Shown here in pieces: positions 12,891 through 25,587 of a DNA stretch of 64,000 nt. How positions within the stretch are numbered: the stretch's first letter is position 1; each line of letters begins with the position of its first letter. The notes below the pieces were generated by a model. It searched no databases and was not told the DNA's origin. It saw nothing but the letters and a program-made list of their open reading frames with translations. The translations under genes were made by a program, and so were the position numbers. The stretch spans positions 29,620-93,619 of the forward strand of contig JAAOMT010000426.1 of the NCBI GenBank assembly GCA_016748015.1, in the 5' to 3' direction. The DNA comes from Geosiphon pyriformis uo1. Taxonomy: Eukaryota > Fungi > Glomeromycota.

Positions 12891-13471
12891 GAAAATTACA
12901 AGGAAAAAGTGAAAAATTTTCCCAAATTTATTTTTAAAGATGTTTTCGTGATTACGTTTTTAGTTCATAAAAATATCTTTCAATAATAATAATAATAATC
13001 CTATATATTAATTTTGTTTATATGATGAGGAAAATTTTCATCATTATTGACGAATTTTGCATGCATTTGAAGTATTCCTTATAGTTTGTCAAATTTTCGA
13101 ATTCGTATCTTTAGCTGTATAGCCAATGTGATACAAATTAAGATCCCACATATTAAGCAGAAAAATATTTTTTTTTGCTTTCTATTTTGAAATCAGAGTT
13201 CAGCCTGCCAAAAAAAAAAAAAATAGGAATTTTCCAAGATGTATATGGAAATAATTATTTGTCGTTTGAATTAAATAGATTTCCGTTCACTAATAGAGTG
13301 GCATTGCATTAGATTATCTCTGATTAGCCACATACTTTTCATACCCGCCGTAGATCCCGCAAAATATTAATCAAAAAAATGGTTAATTTATTCTATTTCT
13401 GGAATTGAGATTTGCATCGTGACAAATTTTTTAATTAAGCAGAGTGAAATTAGCTCAACTCAAATTTTTTG

Positions 13472-13472
<1 letters not shown>

Positions 13473-13524
<52 letters not shown>
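13473..13524. repeat. (TA)n microsatellite
   Basis: About 25 TA units. Confidence 0.95.
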
Positions 13525-13527
<3 letters not shown>

Positions 13528-14270
13528 ACCAAGTTACCTCTGTAAAGCCGAATAATTTTAAAGTCAAATAGGTTAAAGATATTTAAATTTTGTCAATTTA
13601 TCTTTTAATTATCATAAAAAACAAAAATATAGCTTTTTTAAATTTTGATTTTTGGCTCAATTTTAAAAAATTGAATTGAAATTTCTACAATCTTTGTTAT
13701 TCTATTGTTTGTTAATTAAAAAATAAAAATTCTTTACCCTTATTTAAATTTTCGTTTAAAAACATTAATAATTTTTTTAATAATTAATTTCGCAGTAAAA
13801 ACATTAACTCAAATTGACCAATATCTTGAAAGTGAAAAAAATTCAAAATTTTGATAAAGTTAAAAAGATTTATGTCAAGAAAATACCTCCACAATTCGGG
13901 AATCTTCAAAAATAAATTCTCATATGGATATAGTTTAAAAAAAATCTTTGGTCAATAAAGTTATTTTAAATGTACTAAATACTTTCAGAATTTAACTTTT
14001 GGACTTTTATTACCACATATTTAAACACTTTATTCCTTTCTTAGCCATTATCAGCTACTCTATATCGAACTTTATTACCAATATCAGTTTGCAGGACTGA
14101 CTTGTGAAACAGTACAATTATTATGAGATTGGAATCGTAGCTTGAACAATCAAAAATAATTATATAGAGACTTGCTTTCAGATATTATAATAATATATTC
14201 AAATCGAAATTGAGATCCAGGCACTACACAACCTAGATTACAAAAATATTTGATAAAAATTTATTTAAAC

Positions 14271-14909
14271 ATGGATTTCATGAAAGAATTATTAAAAGTA
14301 TACTCTTCAGTGGTTGATCCGGGCGTCGATGATGAGCACTTGCAAGATAAAATATATGAATGGCGAAAGTCCAAGAACATGGAACCAGAACAGATTTTTA
14401 AACAACTTCTAAAAATTGCAACATCCAATCCAGACTACGCTTGTCTACTTGGATTCTGCTATCATTATGGAATAGGCACACGAATTCATCAGAAATCAAT
14501 GATAGACTGGTATAAAGTGTCGGCAGAATCCGGGGACTTGTATGGACAAAGTCAACTTGGATGGTGTTATAAAGGAGCTGTTGGGACTCTAAAGGATCCA
14601 AAAGTAGCCTTTTATTGGACATTGAAATCAGCCGAGGGGGGAAGTCCGTCTGGGGGATGTAATGCTGCGTATTATTATCTAAATGGTATTGGCACGAAGA
14701 TTGACAAGAGAAAGTCCTTTCGATGGTATATAAGATCTGCTGAAAGTGGTGTTGCCACTGCGCAATGTAATTTAGCAAGGTGTCACAGGCTTCGTTGGGG
14801 AACGGAACGAGATGTGCATAAGGCTATATTTTGGTATCGAAAGTCATTCGAGCGTGGATACTCATATTGGAAAGCAGAATTCAAGGACTTTTTGAATGGA
14901 TTCGATTGA
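14271..14909 (+). CDS. Sel1-repeat protein, single exon, about 212 aa
   Basis: Four Sel1 units (LGFCYHYGIGT, LGWCYKGAVGT, YYYLNGIGTKIDKRKSFRWYIRSAESG, AIFWYRKS). First ATG is at 14271. Confidence 0.9.
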   Translation: MDFMKELLKVYSSVVDPGVDDEHLQDKIYEWRKSKNMEPEQIFKQLLKIATSNPDYACLLGFCYHYGIGTRIHQKSMIDWYKVSAESGDLYGQSQLGWCYKGAVGTLKDPKVAFYWTLKSAEGGSPSGGCNAAYYYLNGIGTKIDKRKSFRWYIRSAESGVATAQCNLARCHRLRWGTERDVHKAIFWYRKSFERGYSYWKAEFKDFLNGFD

Positions 14910-16161
14910 TATGAAAAATACGAAATTTTAAAAATAAAATTTCTCTAAATATATCTCATATTTATCCTAGATCTTTAAATTACCAAAGATCCATTTGTAA
15001 TTTTAAAATTGACATCCCCTTTTTAAGACTAATTTTCTTTGATTTAGTTAACATTCAACTTAATTTCCTTTGAATTTTTTTGTGACCATTTGAAATAATA
15101 GAAAAATTAAAAAAGATTTTGAAGTCATAGATATAAAATCACTACTTTAGACTTTTTAGGATCATTGTAATCATCAAAATTGTCATTTTCAGAAAAGAGT
15201 TTGAAGATACCAGTATCTTTGTATCTAAGCATCACAGCAACAACGACCGTCTTTTTTTTTAGTTTATCTCTCAAAAAGATCTGTGCATATTTTATATAAT
15301 GTTTTATAATCTTTTGAATATTGTTCCAATGGATTAATTGTTAATTAAAAGAAAGCTTTTATTTATTTTCAAATTGAATATAAATTTTCATTAATCTTTT
15401 ATTGAGAATAAGAAGTTTAAAAATTGTAGAGTAAAATACAAGTAAAAGATGTTTACAACATGATTTATCTAAAGTAATGTTGAAAAAAAAAAGATGTAAT
15501 AAATTTTTCAGGAATTAAGCAAAACCTTTTGTTATCTTAAAACCAATGCCTGGGTGTAAAATGTATAAATATATCCATTCAAATATCCTAATGTTGGCTT
15601 GTGCAGATTTTTGGTTTATTAAATAAAAAAAAGCTCAACGAATAAAGATTAAAAGAACTTTTAAAACGAAAAAAAAAAGAAATTTACCAAACTCTATAGA
15701 GTTTACTTTTTCAGATATCATCTTATTGTGAACCTTTTTATGGGAAAAAATATCCAAATTGACTGTTCAACCTTTATAATCTGTAAAACTCTAAAATATT
15801 GAATTTCAAGCGTATAAAAAATTACAAGAGCTTACTAATTTTTATAACCTAAATCTTTAGTTTCCAATTCCAGACCCTTTATAAATCTAATAGAAAAGCT
15901 ATTCAATAATTAAATCAGATTTTTATTATTATTATTATAGAATAAATTTGTTTGTCAATGGTTTCATAAATTTTGGCTTTCAAAAATAATTGCCATGATT
16001 TATTAATCAATCAATCAATCAATCATTCAATCAATCCAAGGAAAATAAATATACCAAAAGTTCTTTCTTTTTTGTTTAACTAAAAATATTCTCAAAATCA
16101 TTGAATTTATAGCAAAAAGAAAAATATTGGCTACCACTAATTATTTCTATTTCATAATTTT

Positions 16162-16744
16162 TCACGGTTTCTTAAAATTCCCGAATTTACTACTTGGTTC
16201 GCAATTGCCCATTTCAACCCCAAAATAAGGCCCATTATGAAATAATTCGCCAGGAACTTCGTTTATTGATTGACCTGCATTACACTCCTAAAGTAAAAAA
16301 AAACTTGTCTTTAACACCTTTATCGAAATTTTTTTAATCCAATATAAATTATCACTAACCATATTCTCTTGAGAATACTGCGAATTCAACCATTCTTCTC
16401 TTTGACTTAACATCAAATCAGAAGAATTACAATCCCAATACGTATTTAGGTTATCAGGACAATCACAATTGCTCAATGGCTCGATCCAAATTTCAGTACC
16501 AAAATGTCTCCACCCCATTGAAGACGAAGGAAAGTGCGGCACATGATCATTTCCATGGGTAAAGCGGCGATGAAGAATATTTTTGTTGAAATAATAGCTA
16601 AGGTGCTCATTTCCAACTCTCGGAGCTCCAAAAGTATAAATACCCTGCCCTATTCCACTTAAATTAATATTCGGCCAAGTATTCTTATTTACAATTTTAT
16701 ACCTTTCAATTGCCCACATAACTGCGGCAATGCAGGCATATGCT

Positions 16745-16775
<31 letters not shown>

Positions 16776-17875
16776 ACGATTCTTACTTCAAACTTTAAAA
16801 TAGAAAACATTTGGGAAACTAACCTCCACCAAGACCATGTCCCGTAAATATAATATCATACCATTCAGTTACTTTTGGGAATTTAATTAAAGATGATTGA
16901 ATAGCTTGGATTAAAATAGGAACTAATAATTTCACATCTTTCAATAATTTTGAGTCTACAAGAATTTTTTAGCCTAACTTTGGACCATTTTTAAAACGAA
17001 GTGTGACTTGTTTCGACTTTCTTGAAGCCCATTCTTTTTTTGTTAATTTCTAATATAAATAAAGAAGCAAGATGTGTATAAGAGACAGCTCTTGGGAATT
17101 GAATTAAAGATGATTGAATAGCTTGGATTAAAATAGGAACTAATAATTTCACATCTTTCAATAATTTTGAGTCTACAAGAATTTTTTAGCCTAACTTTGG
17201 ACCATTTTTAAAACGAAGTGTGACTTGTTTCGACTTTCTTGAAGCCCATTCTTTTTTTGTTAATTTCTAATATAAATAAAGAAGCATTATTATCTCAAGT
17301 TTTATTTGATTTAAAATATTAAAGGGGTTGAGATAATTACTGGTCCCGCAAATACAATTAATAAAGCGCTATATTCTAATGTGGCTTGGTAATATTGAAC
17401 CTCCACTAATTAATAGTATTTGAAAGATATATTAATTTCTTTAAGGAAACTTTTAATAAAGACTAATTTTTTTCGGAAATCAAAAACCTTTAATTTGTAA
17501 ACGAGGTACTCTTGAGCCAATATTATTTAGACCGAGGCAGTCAATGGCATTTATCATGAATGCAATAACCGAGGAAACCTTTAACTCTTCATCATCAGTT
17601 AAAATTTGGCTCTTGAGTTGTGACTGTAAGCGTTTTTTGATTTGATTGATTTTTAGTGAAATATCAATTTGATTTATCCATTTAATCATTGTAGGAAAGG
17701 TGTAGTTTATATCTGGTTTTCTATACTTTTGAATTACTTTAGAGGCTATCCAGAAATTGCTGTGGTTTTCATGCATCAAAAAATAAAAACCTGATGCCAT
17801 AAAAATTACAGTAATAATATTAAATTTTTCCAGAAAATCGACCTTGAATCGTATTTGATTATTAAAAGAGCCCAT
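16162..17875 (-). pseudogene. Class-3 lipase-like gene (5 exons) with GHGLGG in place of GHSLGG and an in-frame TAA
   Basis: Spliced model gives LLIVFAGP, IIFTGHGLGG/AYA (16824-16850), IYTFGAPRVGN, RFTHGNDHVPHFP, WRHFGTEIWI, ECNAG, HNGPYFG. Premature TAA at 16969-16971. Confidence 0.8.
17070..17088 (+). other. Tn5 mosaic end / Nextera adapter (assembly contaminant) between duplicated segments 16875-17069 and 17092-17286
   Basis: Exact 19-mer AGATGTGTATAAGAGACAG. The flanking 195-bp copies differ at one base that I could see. Confidence 0.97.
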
Positions 17876-18489
17876 TTTATTGATTTTCAAGAGATATAAC
17901 AAAGTTTTATGGGATATTTTATAATTTTTAAGATGCACTAAATAAAAATCCTATAAATCGAGCTTGTTTGTTTTTTTAGAACATTTCATTAAAATAAAAT
18001 AAATAAAGCAATAGATAATATAATTATTATCCTTTTTTTGAAAATATTTTTCTCCAGTCACCTATCACACTATATCTTTTATCCCAAAGAAGTTATCAAA
18101 ATTCTAATTTATAAACAAAACTATTATATATTTATTCTTTGTTATGATAAACTTTTATTCCAGGCTTATCTAGCATTTTTTATTGATTTGAATATTTGCC
18201 ACAAGAAATTGATTTTTTATAGATTAAAATAGAAAATAAAGTCGTTAATAGAACCAAACTTTCGTTCAATATATCTGCTCTCTTTTTCTTTTTCTTTTTC
18301 TTTTCCCTTTCGTTTGCCAAAAGCTGCTAAAGAGTTAAATGAATTCCTTATCAAATAGAAACAGATAATAATAAATTTAGCTCATGAACTCAGTCTTTCT
18401 CTATTGCAAATTTTAGCATAAGGCTTTTCTTACAGGATTTTCAGCTCATCTCTTTCCTTGCTGGTAAAAATATTAATCTTTAAAGCACA

Positions 18490-18625
18490 AGTACGTTCGC
18501 AAAATTATGATCTAAAAATGACACTCTCTACTTGATAATCTTCTTTAACTTGCTAACTGAATCGTTTTTTTTTTTTGATTTCGACTTTGAAAAGGGTCTT
18601 CATTAAGAACTAGGAAGAATGGCAT
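18490..18625 (-). pseudogene. Crinkler (CRN) N-terminal-domain-like relic
   Basis: Frameshifted FFLVLNEDPF/KVEIK/NDSVSKLKKIIK...HNFANV resembles the ubiquitin-like CRN N-terminus; the LWKV motif is not retained. Confidence 0.45.
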
Positions 18626-18660
18626 TTTAAAATTATTTATCCAGTCAGCTGACTACTCTC

Positions 18661-19056
18661 NNNNNNNNNNNNNNNNNNNNNNNNNNNNNNNNNNNNNNNN
18701 NNNNNNNNNNNNNNNNNNNNNNNNNNNNNNNNNNNNNNNNNNNNNNNNNNNNNNNNNNNNNNNNNNNNNNNNNNNNNNNNNNNNNNNNNNNNNNNNNNNN
18801 NNNNNNNNNNNNNNNNNNNNNNNNNNNNNNNNNNNNNNNNNNNNNNNNNNNNNNNNNNNNNNNNNNNNNNNNNNNNNNNNNNNNNNNNNNNNNNNNNNNN
18901 NNNNNNNNNNNNNNNNNNNNNNNNNNNNNNNNNNNNNNNNNNNNNNNNNNNNNNNNNNNNNNNNNNNNNNNNNNNNNNNNNNNNNNNNNNNNNNNNNNNN
19001 NNNNNNNNNNNNNNNNNNNNNNNNNNNNNNNNNNNNNNNNNNNNNNNNNNNNNNNN
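18661..19056. other. Assembly gap (N run)
   Basis: 396 N. Confidence 1.
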
Positions 19057-21049
19057 AAGAAAGAAGTTGTAATAGGGGTCATATTAGTTTTGGTTTTTTT
19101 GGGTAAAGTACGAATAGAGTTGGGTTTGTAGATTATTCTTCAATAAAAAAATTGGAAAAGAATTTTAGAATTAGTGATTTAAAAAAAATTTAGCTGATTG
19201 ATATTAGAAAAATTACAAATTATAGAATTAAATCAAAAACTTGGGATTTACCATATAAGACAATTATGCTGGTTCCAACTATAATCATCTTATTTTAAGT
19301 TTGTACTGATGCTCTTTGCCCTTTTTTTTCTTGCTTTGAAGAAGTCAACGACTTAGTCGATGTATATAAGATGGTAAGATCATTGCATGTGATGTTATTG
19401 GTTTTTGTCAAAGGAAATAAAATGAGTTGTGAATACAGACTTTAAGATTTACTTCTACCTATCTGATAAAATAACTATCTGTAATTTTTAAACAACTTAT
19501 GATAAAAGTGAGTGTAACCAATGATGAAATCTAACTTTTTTGGGCCTTGGCATTCACTCATAAATGGCAACTGATAAGTACTTTGCCGCATAATAAAAAT
19601 AATTTTAGAGTTAGATTGATTTAATATTATGAAGCATTTTTCTTTATCAAAACTTTTCAAGTTATAAATTCTTTGATAAAAAAATCTAATTCGAGATATT
19701 GGCGATTATCTCCTTAAATCTACCTCTAAATTAGTTTTATTGTAATTCCAAAAAGTTTTTTGACCATTTTCTTAAGCAATCATCATGAGAAAAGCAACTT
19801 TTGAATATTAGCTGGGAAAATAGTCAGATTTTCTTTTCATGACAATCAATGCTCCTTCAAGTCAGTCGAAAAATGAAATTGCGTTTTAATTAATGAAGCT
19901 GAAGAAATTATTTTCTGGCAAAAAATAAAATTATCAATATTGTATTGATAAAGAGAGATTTTTAAGGAGTTTTTCTTGCCAATAAATAAGAATTTCAAAC
20001 TATAATTTTGTTAAATCACATTCCCGAAATGGTTAGAAATTCATTCAATTTATTTAAATTCCATCAAAAACTATGCTTGTCATTAGCCTATTGATATTTT
20101 TACTTTTAAATGAAAATTTTTTAATTTCTAACAATTTAGAAAGTCAAAGTTTAAGAATTATAAATTAATCTAAATACATATATCTCTCTATTTTTATAAA
20201 TCTCTAATTTTATTTATAAGGGTTTTTCATAATACTAATTATGTCGGTAATATTTTACCGAATAGAATTGGATATATTCATTATAGCTCTTTTGAATAGT
20301 TATTTATTCATTTTTTAGATGGGTGGACTATAAATTAATTTTTAAATATTTTAACAAGTGATCGTACAAAATCACTATTCAAATGTTTAAAATGTTATAA
20401 TGTTATAGAATCCTAAACTAAAGGGTTTAAAATTATTGTATTTTGAATATATATCATTTATAAAAATACTTATTCGGTGTGTGAATGCATCACATATATA
20501 TTAGTGTGTGTTACATATGATCCATTTTATGCTAAAACATAAACATAACGTCACATCTTCACCTGTTACAGCATGCTTCATCAAAGGAAAATAACCGTTT
20601 TGGGCTTAACTTACTTAAATACTAATTTAGTCTTTCAGGATTGATAAGGAAACGCTTTACAGTCAATAACCTTCACACTCAAAATAGATATCAAATGAAC
20701 TATATGTGATAGCCTATACGATACTTTTAAAAACCAATTCCTCCCTGAAATTTTTCATCTATTCCAAGTTAAATATCATTATCGATTGCATAAATCCAAA
20801 TCCAACTCTAAAAAAGGTGGTTAAACCAAGAAAGTTTACGAAAATATTAAATATAATAAATGAAAGGCTTATGGTTTAGTTTTTGACATCAATCGACCTC
20901 TATATCTTTGCCATATCTCAAATAACATCCTATGTCTCTTCCAAATTAAGGCTTGTTGATTTAAATTAAAATTATTGCGAGCAGCAATAACTCTTTGTTA
21001 AGGTTCTTCTGCAGTGTTGCGACAAGCCGGTGTATGTTTTTTGATTATA

Positions 21050-21970
21050 GGACGCTTTTCATTAATCACATCAGATTGCATGTAAATAAGATCTGTATTA
21101 TTCAAAGTTCTTTCTTCCCAATAATTTCACAGGAAAGGATGGCAAAGCTGTATTTATTGCTATACTTAATATGAGGAACCCTTGTAAATCTTGGGTGCGA
21201 GATACTCAAAAACGTCATAAATATTACCAGACTGTGGAGAGTATTTGGCAGGACAACAGAATCCAAGATCAGAAATGACGACTTATAAGGGTTTGTTTTT
21301 AAAACAAGAATATTTCGAGAATGTAAATCCCCTTGCACCAGATTTGAATCATGTATAAATATTGGGCCACTAGCGAATCCGAAATGCATACAAAGAACCA
21401 TTTCCCAAGTAAGAATTATTTCATTGAATAATATGTTCCAAGTTTGGTTTGTGCAAGTAAACTTCTCACCTCTACTGCTATTGAATCGAATTCAAATGCT
21501 TTTTCGTCATTCCTTCTCCATTTTGTTAACACCATCCAAGAGTGAATTGCACAAGTAAACTTCCCACCTCTACTGCTTTTAAATAGATTTCAAATGCTTT
21601 TTCTAAGTTTTTCGTCCTTTCCCATCCATTATCATAACAAAGTCCAAGAACGTATTGTGCATCTAAATCTCTCTCTTCTGCTGCTTTTGAATAGAGTTCA
21701 AATGCTTTTCCTCGATCTTTTGAAGTACCAATTCCATTATTATAACATTATGTAAGACTGTGTTGTACAAATGAATCTCCCGACTCTACAGCTTTTGAAT
21801 AGAGTTTAAATGCTTTTTCTCAATGTTATGAAGTATAGATTCCATTCTTATAACAATAATCTAAGAAGAATTTTTCAAAAGAAATTTTTATATTTGCTGG
21901 TTTCTGTAATTCTAAAAATGCTTTTGTTAAATTAGAAATAATTTCAATTCCATGTTCCAAAGAAAAGTTA
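21050..21970 (-). pseudogene. Sel1-repeat plus protein kinase (TKL-like) pseudogene
   Basis: Sel1 remnants (AFELYSKAAEERDLDAQYVLGLCYDNG, KAFEIYLKAVE) followed by kinase remnants IHDSNLVQGDLHSRNILV (HRDLHSGNIL-like) and YSFAILSCEI; many disruptions. Confidence 0.8.
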
Positions 21971-22089
21971 GGCTATCGAACACTTTAAACTTTTCATTTA
22001 AAATTGGGCAGTTTTGTTTATAATTCTTAAACTAACAAAATATTATTTTGCGTCAGTTTGAATGTGCCTATGAAACTATTTGTAGTCTA

Positions 22090-22780
22090 TGTGATATTAG
22101 AGCATTGAAGATGATATGATGGATTCCTTTTTTGTAAGAACAATATAAACTAAATATTTATACATTTATAAAGAGTAAACAAGTTTCCTTTGATAATGAT
22201 ATGATAAAGAAAAATATAAGATATTTACAAGGGAGGCTTTTAAGCAATTCATCTTCCCTTTCCATAGAACTTTATCAAAATATACATAATATTCACATTA
22301 TAAACTTAAACTAGAAAAATCCTTTAGCCAGTCGGATCATAAGTGATGATTCAATTATAGTAGAATTGTTGTCACCTAAACAACATGAAAAATTTATGGT
22401 AAAAGTTACTTTATCTTAATTAATATTTTAATTAAATTGATCCTTTAACAGAAACTAGCATGTAATATGATTGTCATGCTTCCAAACTCAATTCAAAGTA
22501 TAAAATTTACACATGATGAAAAATGGAAAAAGACAAATGAAATCTTTATGGATATTACACAGGACATTCTTGATATATTGTTAGTAATTTTCAAGACAAG
22601 TTTTTATTAAATTATTGATTTTTAGAGCTGATGTTTGGATAAATTCAGCATTTGAATCTGACCTTAAAAAAACACAAAGTGAAGGAACATATGCAACAGA
22701 CATAATAATTTCTTTGATTCGAACATCATTAAAAGGGTTTCCATATAGGCAATTTGCATTTATCAGCAGGTAAAGTTTTA
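22090..22780 (+). pseudogene. Relic of a multi-exon hypothetical gene
   Basis: Exon-like segment KTQSEGTYATDIIISLIRTSLKGFPYRQFAFIS followed by a gtaaag donor; surrounding frames are broken. Confidence 0.35.
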
Positions 22781-23499
22781 TTCCCTAAAGTTATGCATTT
22801 AAAATTTTACTTTTAGTGCAGAGTAACGTATTTACCAAAACGAGAAAGTAAAACATTTGAGTTTTTATTTGATGAATACTCACGTTTATTATGTAGTAAT
22901 ACTAATATTTTATGATAAAATTATTTTAATAAAACATGATATTATAGGAACCAAGATCCAGTTAATAGGGACAATATTGATATACATCAATATTATCATC
23001 TAAAAAAAAACACAAATTCCTATACAATGGTCTGAACAAGCTTTATTAAATTTGTTGAGTTATTATTAAATCTACTGGTATTTATTTTATTATACTAAAT
23101 TTCATTTATGAATATAACAAAATTAATTTTATTTTATATAGAATATTCTGATTGTTACCTTATCTCTATTAATGCAAATACCCACAAGTAAAACACATCA
23201 TATCGAAAAAAGTACTACAGTGTCATCGCTTAAAGAAGAAGTAATTGATGAACAAAATAAAAAAAGACAGAAAAGATCAAAAAAAAACATTAGGATTAAT
23301 TAAGCATAGAAAAAATGCATATATTTAGAATTAATAAAGATTAAAAAATCTATATATTGTAAAGATTTTATTTGTTTGATTTTCGCGTTATAGATTATCA
23401 AAAAATATCTGATAGATTCACTATCGTGATTGCATTTTATATATTACGATCAAGATCTTTTGGATTGGTCAATCTATTAGGCTTAGAGTTTATGAGCAT

Positions 23500-23614
23500 T
23501 GTATTCAAAAGCAGCAGAAGAGGAGATACAAAAGCACAGTGCAATCTTGGAGTTTGTTATGTTAATGGAGAAGGAACGACCAAAAATTCAGAAAAAGCAT
23601 TTGAACTCTTTTAA
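23500..23614 (+). pseudogene. Isolated Sel1 repeat fragment
   Basis: GDTKAQCNLGVCYVNGEGTTKNSEKAFELF. Confidence 0.75.
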
Positions 23615-23989
23615 AATATTATTTTACAAACCAAATTGAAAAATGCTTTTCTGACAACTTTTTTTAAAAGAAAATTGTTAGTTTTATTGTCTTTTATTAA
23701 TTTAAAAACAAATATAATACTTAATTTCCCAATAAAATTATAAAACTTAAAAATAAGTAAAACAATTTGAGTCATGTATAAATCTTAGACCTGAAAAAAA
23801 ATATTAAGAAAAATGTCCCAAGTAAATGTGTTTTCGTTCTTTTTTAGAAAATCTGAGGTCTCCATGTTCCGCAAATGATAAAATTCATTGGTTATAAGAT
23901 ATCTGCAAGGCATTTTTTAATAATAGAAAAAGAAATAGAAATAATAAATTATCTTAAATTTCTTAAAAAAAAATACCTTATTTGTATGG

Positions 23990-24670
23990 ATTTTTTTCCA
24001 TATTTTGGCTATTTTTAAGATGTTTCAAAGCAACCTTCATAACCCACTTCTTTCATACTTTTGATTTTTCTTATTCCAAAATAGATTTATTTCTCTCCCA
24101 TATATCTTCTTTAACAGCTTAAATTATCCAATTCTCATCTGACCTAAAGATTTGATCTCATTGGAATAATTCATTCAAGACATTTCAGAAATGTGAGATG
24201 ATATTTCGGGAAACCGGCTTTAAATATGTTGACATCATTTTTATCAGTATCATAAAATGAACATATGGGAGATTCACTAATGATTATACTCAAGTTACAA
24301 CATTTAGAACACTCAAATCTATTTGAAAGCTGATCAAAAAAAATTTCAAAATCTAAACTTTTAATTTTGGAATTGTAAAATAAACAATCCATGTCATTAA
24401 TCACTAGAATAACTCAAGTTATTTTCCTCTGCTGCTTTTAAATAGAGTTCAAATGCTTTTTAACCATTTTGATAGCTGTTTTTAAGTGGAGTTTTAATAT
24501 TTTTTCGTTGCTCTCTATTCATCTTAATAATACATTCCATAATTTGTTATGTTCACTTGTATTTCCCACTTTTTTGAAATTTTCCATTGTTTCCAATTTT
24601 TTTCGATACCAATTTCCAAAATTTTATTGCAAAACTAAATCTTCTACCTCTGCTGCTTTTATTTATAAAT
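23990..24670 (-). pseudogene. Sel1/kinase N-lobe relic
   Basis: KAFELYLKAAEEN (~24420-24460) and KVALKHLKNSQN (~24000-24040, kinase VAxK subdomain II) in broken frames. Confidence 0.6.
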
Positions 24671-24920
24671 TAATAAAAGTTGTTAATAAAAGTTGTTAAT
24701 AAAAGTTGTTAATAAAATACAATTAATGTAATTTTATTCTAAAGTATACAATATTATAAAAAGACTGTGTTATAATTAGATTAGATATTTATAAACAACA
24801 TTAAAAAGTTAAAACTTTAAAACTTTTTGTTTTATAATATTATTAAAAAATATTAATTTACAATTATAAAAAGTTTTTGAAATAAATTTTTTTTATTGAT
24901 TAATTTTTTATATTGTTTTC

Positions 24921-24960
<40 letters not shown>

Positions 24961-25587
24961 GTTTTAAACTTTTATTGCTAATGATTTATTTAGTTTAAAA
25001 ATAATTTGTTTAATATAATATTATTTAACATCTAAGCTAAAAATTCAAATAAAATTAATTATTAAATCTTAAAAATTTAAAAAATTACTTATTAACAATT
25101 TTTTTTATTTAAAACAAAATACAGATGCATAAGAAAAAAGATAAAAATATGACCAAAACAGAAATCTTGTTAAAGACAGAACCTCTTTTTAACAACTAGG
25201 TAAAAATGTAGCAAATTGAATTTTTAAGTATATTACAAAAGATAAAGTATCTGTTTTACTCAGATAGTGACTCTTTTTATTTTAATAATAAATAAGCTAT
25301 AGTGATACCTCTTCTATATTTTGATTGTGTAAATGCACATGACGATTGTATAATAATGATCGAGTAGAAGTTTCGATTGTTTGTTAGATAATGAATATAG
25401 CATTAGATCTAAGTTTAGATTGTTTTGATTGGCTTGGTGGCTAATCACCTGTAAAAAGTGCACAGTTTACATTTACTGTGAAACAATGTGCATGAATACA
25501 GTTAGTCCCAAGATGCGATCATCAGTTGAACCAAATGATCCTGATGTAGGATAAAAATGAAACTATTGTCAAACGCGTCAAAAAAAA

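Noticed and set aside
17070-17088. Apparent IS50/Tn5 transposon end in a fungus
   Set aside because: It is the engineered mosaic-end sequence used in Nextera libraries, so it is not evidence of horizontal transfer.
18645-19082. 145-aa ORF
   Set aside because: It spans the N gap.
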